Origin: a virus
Lineage: Duplodnaviria > Caudoviricetes
Length of the DNA: 64,000 nt
Virus record (IMG/VR): IMGVR_UViG_3300012979_000002
Span: 1-64,000 of that record
Direction: 5' to 3' (one strand)
Shown: positions 57,447 to 64,000 of the stretch, one piece after another
Layout: every line of letters starts with the position of its first letter
Position numbering within the stretch: the first letter of the stretch is position 1
Notes under the pieces: model-generated
The model's database searches: none
Told to the model about the DNA's origin: nothing
Seen by the model: only the letters and a program-made list of their open reading frames with translations
Translations under genes and position numbers: made by a program

Positions 57447-57517
57447 TATCATTTCTCTATCACTAGTTTATCATAATTTTATTAAGTTCTTTTCATAGTT
57501 TTATCATTATCATATCA
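57447..57517 (+). promoter_or_regulatory. 11-bp phased TATCA operator array
   Basis: Sites at 57447, 57458, 57469, 57480, 57491, 57502, 57513. Confidence 0.7.
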
Positions 57518-57639
57518 AAAGCTTGCGAACCCTTGTAAATAAAGGCTTCGCAGCTCTTTTTTCTTTTTATCATTTTTTATTAAACTGCTACTATATGAGT
57601 GAAAGATAAAAAACAAAAAAAGAAAAGAGGTGATACAAA

Positions 57640-57891
57640 ATGTTTATAGGTAGTTTTTTTAGGGTACGCGACAGAACTGAAGCGGAACGAGCAATACCTA
57701 CAGGGACAGGCTCTACAATTATATTTATAGAAACCGAAAATAAGTTGTATGAGAAGAATAGATATGGAATGCTATTAGAGTATAATTTAGGCTTGTCCCC
57801 TAATGCTGAGCTTGATAAGCGTCTAACCGAATTGGAGACCGCTTTTAAAAAATTAAATGAAGAACTAGGAGGAACACAAAATGAGATTTAA
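57640..57891 (+). CDS. hypothetical protein (cassette gene 1)
   Basis: GAGGTG RBS; C-terminal coiled coil. Confidence 0.7.
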   Translation: MFIGSFFRVRDRTEAERAIPTGTGSTIIFIETENKLYEKNRYGMLLEYNLGLSPNAELDKRLTELETAFKKLNEELGGTQNEI

Positions 57892-58126
57892 CCCACAAAC
57901 ACTAATGCAAATGATGGTACAAAGAGACCCTGGACTAATGCAACGCTTTCAACAATTTCAACAAATGATGCAGAATAGTCCACAAATGCAACAACAGTAT
58001 ATGGCTTTCCGTAAGGATATAGCTAACAACCCACAAATGCAAGACCAGGCGGTGAAGAGTGTAATTGATAAAATTAACAATTTACCACCAGCTGGGGGAC
58101 CAACACCCCCAACAAACATTGGATAA
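57881..58126 (+). CDS. Gln/Met-rich small protein (cassette gene 2)
   Basis: MQMMVQ...FQQFQQMMQNSPQMQQQ. Confidence 0.75.
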   Translation: MRFNPQTLMQMMVQRDPGLMQRFQQFQQMMQNSPQMQQQYMAFRKDIANNPQMQDQAVKSVIDKINNLPPAGGPTPPTNIG

Positions 58127-58184
58127 CACTTACTGGGCCCAGTCAAGTTTATCATATATATAGGAAAAGGAGGAAGGAAACACT

Positions 58185-58766
58185 ATGGAAACAATGAATG
58201 GAATTATGCCAGTATATAATATGGCAGACAACAACACTAATCGATGTGGATTTGGAGGAGGAGACGACTGGATTTGGTTATTAGTCTTCTTCGCTTTAAT
58301 GGGAGGAAATGGCTTCGGATTTGGTAACAATGCTAGCGCAGTTACATCAGATTTCTTATTAAATCAAACTAGCCGTTTAAGCGAACAAATCTTAACGCAA
58401 GCTAATGCTACTAATCAAGGTATCTGCGATTCTACTTATGCTATTAATAATAGTTTAAAAGATTTGGGGGCACAATTATCTCAATGCTGCTGCGACAACA
58501 GATTTGAGATGTCTCAAGGCTTCTGCGGAGTAAACAGAAACATAGACAACCTAAGATACGAAATGGCAGAAAAATTCTGTGCAGTTTACAACAATCAAGC
58601 TAGAGACACAGCTCAAATCTTACAAGCTATTTCAGACAAAGGATACCAAGAACAAATTAGAGAATTAGAAAGAGATAATTTAGCATTATCTCAACGTAAC
58701 CAAACTACAACCATTTTATCAGCAGTCCAAGATATGTTAAAAAACAGCGGAACTATTTCAGCGTAG
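58185..58766 (+). CDS. Gly-rich TM, coiled-coil, CCC-motif protein (cassette gene 3)
   Basis: GFGGGDDWIWLLVFFALMGGNGFG...QLSQCCCDNR. Confidence 0.8.
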   Translation: METMNGIMPVYNMADNNTNRCGFGGGDDWIWLLVFFALMGGNGFGFGNNASAVTSDFLLNQTSRLSEQILTQANATNQGICDSTYAINNSLKDLGAQLSQCCCDNRFEMSQGFCGVNRNIDNLRYEMAEKFCAVYNNQARDTAQILQAISDKGYQEQIRELERDNLALSQRNQTTTILSAVQDMLKNSGTISA

Positions 58767-58769
58767 ATA

Positions 58770-59246
58770 ATGTTTAAGACTTACATGGACCGCATTTACG
58801 ATAGATACCACACGGAAACTACGATGCACGATACAATAGCAATTATATCAGAGATTATGGAAGAAGTGAGAGTAAAGGATGAGAAGATATATAATGACAT
58901 GATTTGCAAGTTAAAAAAGTATATGTATAAAGTTAGTTTAGAGGAAGCGGAAAGTATAGTTGCTAATATGTGGAACGAGTATGGTGTAAAAGGTGGTCGA
59001 TGGACATACGACCAAGTATGTGAAGTTGCCAAACAATACTCTATACCCGAAACGATAGATAGGTGTGAGTTATATGTCGTAATGAATATGTGGGCTACGG
59101 ACTATCAAAGAACCATGCAACACTATGGTTTAGACGATAGGGTAGACATTTATTTAATGTTCAGTTGTGATTGGCTAACAGATTGCGACTTTGGTAAAGG
59201 TAAAGTATATAAATACTTTGTAGAAATGAAGAAAGAGGATGAATAA
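58770..59246 (+). CDS. conserved helical phage protein (cassette gene 4)
   Basis: S.EEA..IV..M....G..W...YV.MNM...DY....WL.D.D...GK.YKY. Confidence 0.75.
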   Translation: MFKTYMDRIYDRYHTETTMHDTIAIISEIMEEVRVKDEKIYNDMICKLKKYMYKVSLEEAESIVANMWNEYGVKGGRWTYDQVCEVAKQYSIPETIDRCELYVVMNMWATDYQRTMQHYGLDDRVDIYLMFSCDWLTDCDFGKGKVYKYFVEMKKEDE

Positions 59247-59326
59247 TCCTCTCTTTCTTTTTTTGAGTAAAAGGCGTAAGTTTATACTATATATTAGGGA
59301 AAGAAAAATCAAAGGAGGTATATGTT

Positions 59327-60520
59327 ATGGCAAAAATGACAGACAAAGAAAAGATTGCTCGCATTGAAAAGGCGCCAAAAGAAATGCAAACTATGGTAGC
59401 CAAAGCCTTTATTAGAGAGGACATTGACAATGAAAATATTCAGTTCCTATTTAATACTGACACAATCGAACAATTAAATGACCCTAACGAAGATAGTGGG
59501 GTAGAAAACATTAACGCTGAACAACCGCAAGGAATCGGAGCAGGTGAATTTTTCGTTAGAACTTACAAACCTAGTAACAACAAGAACTTTATAACTACTG
59601 GGTCTGGCGGATGGAACACTTGTATCAAGGGATATCCTATGGACGCTAACGCGAATGTATTGGCAAACTGTGTAGGGTATGCTAGTGGACGCTTCAATGA
59701 AATCATCAATGAAGCAAGAGGAACTACTGGATGCGCTTACAAAGGTTTAAACTGTAATGCAGAGTGGTTCATTGAAAGAGCAAACCAAGCTGGATTGAAA
59801 ACTGGTTCAACTCCAAGAGTTGGAGCTATCATGTGCTGGCAAAAAGGTACAGTAGATGGCGGAGGCGATGGAGCCGGACATGTTGCTATTGTTGAAAAAG
59901 TAAATAGTAATGGAACTGTTTATACATCAGAATCAGGTTATGGCTCAACAGCATTCTGGAACCAAACGAGAAGTAATTCTAATGGAAGATGGGGAAGCGG
60001 AAGTGGATACACATTTAGAGCTTTTATTTATTTACCTAGTGATGTTCAAAAGGTAGTAGATGGAGCAGTTAATCCACCAGCACCAACACCTACACCTGGA
60101 CCAAGTGGTAAGTTTGAAATTGGAAATAAAGTAGTCATTAATGGACCTTTATATTATACAGCAAACGATACAACACCAAATGGTTCAGTATCAAATAAAA
60201 TAACTACTATCACTCGCAAAGCAGTGGGGACAGCTCATCCTTATAATACTGAAGGAGATTTAGGATGGATGGATGAAAGTTCAATCACTCAATATGTTGA
60301 ACCTGCACCAGTACCTACTAAAACATTAGAGATAGGTAATACCGTTAAGATTGTAGGGACTGGAAACGGTAGTTCATATGGTACATCAAATACCGCTTAT
60401 GGTATCGGATGGACTAGACAAATTTTAGACATCTATGAGGGCAGACCTTACCCTTATAGAGTTGGTAATGCAACTGGTACTACAGGTTTTTATAAAGCCA
60501 GTTCGTTACAAAAACAATAG
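59327..60520 (+). CDS. endolysin, CHAP domain plus two SH3-like cell-wall-binding repeats
   Basis: NCVGYA.GR (Cys), GHVAIVE (His), SES; PT linkers; IG.KV...HPY/YPY..G..G repeats. Confidence 0.88.
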   Translation: MAKMTDKEKIARIEKAPKEMQTMVAKAFIREDIDNENIQFLFNTDTIEQLNDPNEDSGVENINAEQPQGIGAGEFFVRTYKPSNNKNFITTGSGGWNTCIKGYPMDANANVLANCVGYASGRFNEIINEARGTTGCAYKGLNCNAEWFIERANQAGLKTGSTPRVGAIMCWQKGTVDGGGDGAGHVAIVEKVNSNGTVYTSESGYGSTAFWNQTRSNSNGRWGSGSGYTFRAFIYLPSDVQKVVDGAVNPPAPTPTPGPSGKFEIGNKVVINGPLYYTANDTTPNGSVSNKITTITRKAVGTAHPYNTEGDLGWMDESSITQYVEPAPVPTKTLEIGNTVKIVGTGNGSSYGTSNTAYGIGWTRQILDIYEGRPYPYRVGNATGTTGFYKASSLQKQ

Positions 60521-60543
60521 ACTAGAAGAGGGAGGAATATTAA

Positions 60544-60849
60544 ATGATAACAGTTCAAGAAAAAACTGTCGATTTAACAAACTATAACTCTGAAGACCTA
60601 TTTATTAGCAAGGCAGACGGAGGCACTCTTTATATTCAATTAGAAGGAGATGCCTCTATTAACCTTACTGGTAAAAATTCAGAACTAGAAACTTATGTTA
60701 GCTTACCAGTAGTTAATATGAGTACATTTGTTAAAACAGACAACATTACATCAGCAGGGTTCTATATGTGTGTAATTGGTGGTTTAGACCAAATTAAAAT
60801 GGAAGCCAACGGTTCAGGGAAAATGCACTGGAAGGTTATGGGTGATTAA
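60544..60849 (+). CDS. small beta-rich virion protein
   Basis: GGAGG RBS; beta-strand pattern. Confidence 0.6.
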   Translation: MITVQEKTVDLTNYNSEDLFISKADGGTLYIQLEGDASINLTGKNSELETYVSLPVVNMSTFVKTDNITSAGFYMCVIGGLDQIKMEANGSGKMHWKVMGD

Positions 60850-60851
60850 TC

Positions 60852-62096
60852 ATGGCAGTAGATGTATTTGCAAGAGCCCTTGCCGTGGCAGCTAGTGATG
60901 GAGCCAAAGTAGATTTAAGTAATTATTATACAAAAGAAGAAGTAGACAACAAAGGATTTGTTCCTACTTTTATGTGGGACGGTAGTAGTAGTGAAGACAA
61001 TCCTGACAACCTTCAACTATTTACTGATTTTTATAAAGCTTGGGAAGAATATAATGGAGAAGTTCATTTAATGGCTACGACTCCACATTCTCAAAACCCT
61101 GTTTATATGGCTTTGAGCGTTCAACGTGACTTGCCTCATGGAGGGAAAGACTATTTTTATTTTTCATCAACGACGGATTGGTGGAGTTCAGAAGACTGGG
61201 ATAGCGAAGAATGTCAATTCTATCAAAAGTCTGCTTCTGCCATTTTCAGAAATGGAGAGTGTATAGAAGTTTCTGAGCTAGGTGATTATGAACTTAACTT
61301 TAACTATTTATCAACTACAAGAGTATACGGTGGAGGAGATTACTACAGCCCAATTTCTGACGGAAGTCCAGTTTCTAAGGGGTATATGGTTGAGGTTTTA
61401 CAGGATGGAACATATTCTGTAAGTCCAGAACAATTAGAAGAAAAGTTTCAAACTTTAATAACAGAACCAATTCTTACCGTTGAGGAAACAGAAACAGACG
61501 AAATAGAGTTTGTTGCTTATGAACCTGAAGAAGGCGGAGAATATGATTTCGTTTATGAAGATAAATGGTGGGGTTCAGGGTATAGGTCTAACAACGGAGC
61601 ACATGATAACTCTTATGCTCTTGGAAAGTTTATACTTAATAACCCAACTGATAAAACTCTTAGATGTTCAATTGACTATGATTTAAGTTGCGCTGTTGGA
61701 GATACAGCGGTATTTTCAGAACTAGATACCGAAGTGGCAGCAAACAGCTGGAATGATTACACTAACGTTCGTAAAGTAATCACAGGAGAAACTTATACTT
61801 ATGGTTCAGTTACATACGATTTAACACCAGGAGAACACTTTATTACCTTTAAATATATGGTAGGCTGGAAAGACGAAGGTGAAGGCGAAGAAGATTCATT
61901 ACTTGTTTCTTATGGTTGGACACATGGAGTGGTTCAAGAACATCAATTAGCCACAGAACAATTTGTAAAAGATTATGTTGCAGCTAACGGTGGAGGAAGT
62001 GGTGAAAGTTATACTAGAGAAGAGATTGACGAAAAAATAGGAGACATCAATTCTATTTTAGCTACCATAGTAACTCCTACAGAAGAGGAGGCATAA
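60852..62096 (+). CDS. fibre/adhesin-like protein with probable jelly-roll domain
   Basis: DLSNYYTKEEVD repeat; SNN..H.NS...GEHFI.FKY. Confidence 0.55.
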   Translation: MAVDVFARALAVAASDGAKVDLSNYYTKEEVDNKGFVPTFMWDGSSSEDNPDNLQLFTDFYKAWEEYNGEVHLMATTPHSQNPVYMALSVQRDLPHGGKDYFYFSSTTDWWSSEDWDSEECQFYQKSASAIFRNGECIEVSELGDYELNFNYLSTTRVYGGGDYYSPISDGSPVSKGYMVEVLQDGTYSVSPEQLEEKFQTLITEPILTVEETETDEIEFVAYEPEEGGEYDFVYEDKWWGSGYRSNNGAHDNSYALGKFILNNPTDKTLRCSIDYDLSCAVGDTAVFSELDTEVAANSWNDYTNVRKVITGETYTYGSVTYDLTPGEHFITFKYMVGWKDEGEGEEDSLLVSYGWTHGVVQEHQLATEQFVKDYVAANGGGSGESYTREEIDEKIGDINSILATIVTPTEEEA

Positions 62097-62099
62097 AAT

Positions 62100-63353
62100 A
62101 TGGCTACCACAGAACAATACTTAAAAGAGATTATAAAACAAAAAGAAACGCTAGCGCAAACCCTAAAAGATAATGGTGTTGAGGCACAGAGCGAAGAGAC
62201 CTTTAATACACTAATACCAAAAACAAGTACTATCAGACCAGAGCCAGAGCAAGGTTTCATAGTTGAAGAATGGACTAAACAAACTAACTCTGGTTCGAAG
62301 GTACCTAAAATAATTAGAACTATAGGATACGAAGTATTACCAACCTTTGGTTTTGCTTGCATATCACCAGGTTTTGGAAGTCCTTGCGGATTTACTGGAG
62401 ATGTAACAGAGGTTTACTTAAATGAAGGATTAACAGATACAGGACGTTATGCCTTTTATTCATCTGCAGGAACTTCATCTGTTAATAGATTAAAAACAGT
62501 TCATTGGCCTTCTACCATTCAAAAGATAGGGTCTTATACTTTCTATAATAATGGTAAATTGGAAATGAGCGAATTACCTGAAACAATTACATCTATTGGT
62601 TCATATGCTTTTTACAACTGTGATAGCATTACTTTTAAAAATATACCAGATGCAGTTAATTCGATTGGTGACTATGCTTTATGCTCTTCAACAGGATTAA
62701 CAGAATTGACTTTGAATGTTGAGTCAGTTGGAGACTATGGGTTATATAACAATACTAATTTAACCACTCTCCATTTTAAGAAGCCAGTATCACTTGGGGC
62801 TAATGCTTTATATGGTAATTCCAAATTAACAAACTTAAACACTGAGAATATTATTACAGCAGGGTCTAACGCTTTTGCTAATGTACCATTAGAAGATTTT
62901 AAATTTGATAGTTGGGAAAGTACAATACCTAAATTAGCATTTTCTGATGTACCAACCCTAAAGATAAAAACTTTACCAGCACATATTACTGGTTTAAGAG
63001 ATGGTAGTTTTAGAAATGACAAGGGTATTACTCAATTGTCTTGTTATATTACCAACGCTTCTGATGGTTCTAGTTACTGGTATCCTTTTAGTGGATGTTC
63101 TAATATTAAGGCTTTGTATTTTGCTGCGCCTTGGGATACTCCAACACAAACTAGAAGTCGTTATATAGGTTCTGGTTGTACAGGATTAAAATATTTATAT
63201 ATTAATATGCCTAGGGCTGAAGTTGAAGCTATGTCTGGTTATAGTTATAAATTTGTTAACAAGGCAGCTCAAGAAGTTACAATCATATGTAATGATGACG
63301 CTGACTGGATAACTAAAGAAGAGTTCGATGCTATAGATTGGACTACTAGATAG
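62100..63353 (+). CDS. BspA-type leucine-rich repeat (LRR_5) protein
   Basis: LP.TITSIGSYAFYNC..I repeats; N-terminal QK..LA..L..GV......F..L anchor. Confidence 0.82.
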   Translation: MATTEQYLKEIIKQKETLAQTLKDNGVEAQSEETFNTLIPKTSTIRPEPEQGFIVEEWTKQTNSGSKVPKIIRTIGYEVLPTFGFACISPGFGSPCGFTGDVTEVYLNEGLTDTGRYAFYSSAGTSSVNRLKTVHWPSTIQKIGSYTFYNNGKLEMSELPETITSIGSYAFYNCDSITFKNIPDAVNSIGDYALCSSTGLTELTLNVESVGDYGLYNNTNLTTLHFKKPVSLGANALYGNSKLTNLNTENIITAGSNAFANVPLEDFKFDSWESTIPKLAFSDVPTLKIKTLPAHITGLRDGSFRNDKGITQLSCYITNASDGSSYWYPFSGCSNIKALYFAAPWDTPTQTRSRYIGSGCTGLKYLYINMPRAEVEAMSGYSYKFVNKAAQEVTIICNDDADWITKEEFDAIDWTTR

Positions 63354-63365
63354 GAGGTATAAAAC

Positions 63366-63785
63366 ATGTTAGATGCTATATTAACAACTTTAAAAATTAT
63401 GGGTTGGTTAGGTGTTGTATTAGCACTTGTAGTAATAGTAAATACAGTATGCGGTACAGTATTTAACATCAGCTCTAAGAAAGAAAATTTCTGCTGGAAA
63501 AGATTATTAAAAGGTTTAGGAAAGTCATTAGTTTTTTATATAAGCGCTACCTTAATGGGAGTTGCTTGTACAATGCTACCTTACATTAATGAAATGATTA
63601 CTAAAGCTTTCGGTACAGTACTACTTTCAAATGATATTTTAACTACACTGTCTAGTGTAGGAGTTTTAGGTGTGGTAGTAGCTGCTATCGTATCGCTAGG
63701 TAAAAAAGCTATCGCAAATGTGGTAAAGTTAGCAAACATGGCTTACGAAACAGAAGAAATTACTTGGAAAGTAGAAGAAGAATAA
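63366..63785 (+). CDS. three-TM membrane protein (holin candidate)
   Basis: Three hydrophobic helices; F.W..L..G..K motif typical of phage holins. Confidence 0.65.
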   Translation: MLDAILTTLKIMGWLGVVLALVVIVNTVCGTVFNISSKKENFCWKRLLKGLGKSLVFYISATLMGVACTMLPYINEMITKAFGTVLLSNDILTTLSSVGVLGVVVAAIVSLGKKAIANVVKLANMAYETEEITWKVEEE

Positions 63786-63803
63786 AAATTAGGAGGCACA
63801 AGA

Positions 63804-64000
63804 ATGGGCATTTATAAGAGAGTAAATAAAACTTGTGGGAACCCAGGAGACTTGTATGCCAATGTAAGAGAAGATAGTAATAAGGCTACTGTTCATACGC
63901 CTTATGGTACTAGAGTATATCAAAAAGTATCAAAAGACCAAATGGACGAAGACTTATTAATGAAAATAAAATCTAACCCAAATCTATCAATGGCGGAGTT
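63804..64000 (+). CDS. hypothetical protein (truncated by window end)
   Basis: AGGAGG RBS; open frame to the end. Confidence 0.6.
   Translation, partial: MGIYKRVNKTCGNPGDLYANVREDSNKATVHTPYGTRVYQKVSKDQMDEDLLMKIKSNPNLSMAE

Noticed and set aside
48031-63353. Diversity-generating retroelement or invertible adhesin cassette
   Set aside because: No reverse transcriptase or recombinase, no TR/VR pair, and all adhesin genes are on the same strand.
19999-63469. Numerous - strand ORFs inside structural genes (e.g. 26138-26617, 39509-39790, 51340-51768)
   Set aside because: Antisense shadows caused by codon bias; no RBS or promoter.

Overview
A 64 kb segment of a large, AT-rich tailed dsDNA phage (siphovirus-type) of a Gram-positive Bacillota host, inferred from SigA-type promoters, a CHAP endolysin and LexA/DinR-type boxes. 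The standard genetic code fits throughout. (1) 1-11 kb: a tRNA cluster (18 tRNAs, including a rare tRNA-Ile(UAU)) interleaved with small genes that often have their own promoter. It also holds about 3 kb of ORF-free, heavily base-paired sequence that looks like 8-10 structured ncRNAs I cannot assign to a family, plus a tRNA body with a 75-nt structured insert in place of the anticodon loop. (2) 11-19 kb: a control/terminus-like region with simple repeats, CAGCTCC iteron-like repeats, CGAAC-N4-GTTCG boxes, strand-polarised GC motifs, winged-helix paralogues and a DEDDh exonuclease. (3) 19-64 kb: a morphogenesis operon whose gene order resembles SPbeta (terminase, portal, protease/scaffold, capsid, neck, tail tube, tape measure, Dit), followed by fibres and adhesins, a glycosyltransferase, an HTH gene with a phased operator and a four-gene cassette, an endolysin, a BspA-type LRR protein and holin candidates. 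The best candidates for undescribed systems are the phage ncRNA island and tRNA-scaffolded RNA, a split-domain fibre/adhesin docking scheme, and the HTH-regulated Q/M-rich plus CCC-protein cassette. All RNA structures and homologies were judged by eye; no database searches were run.
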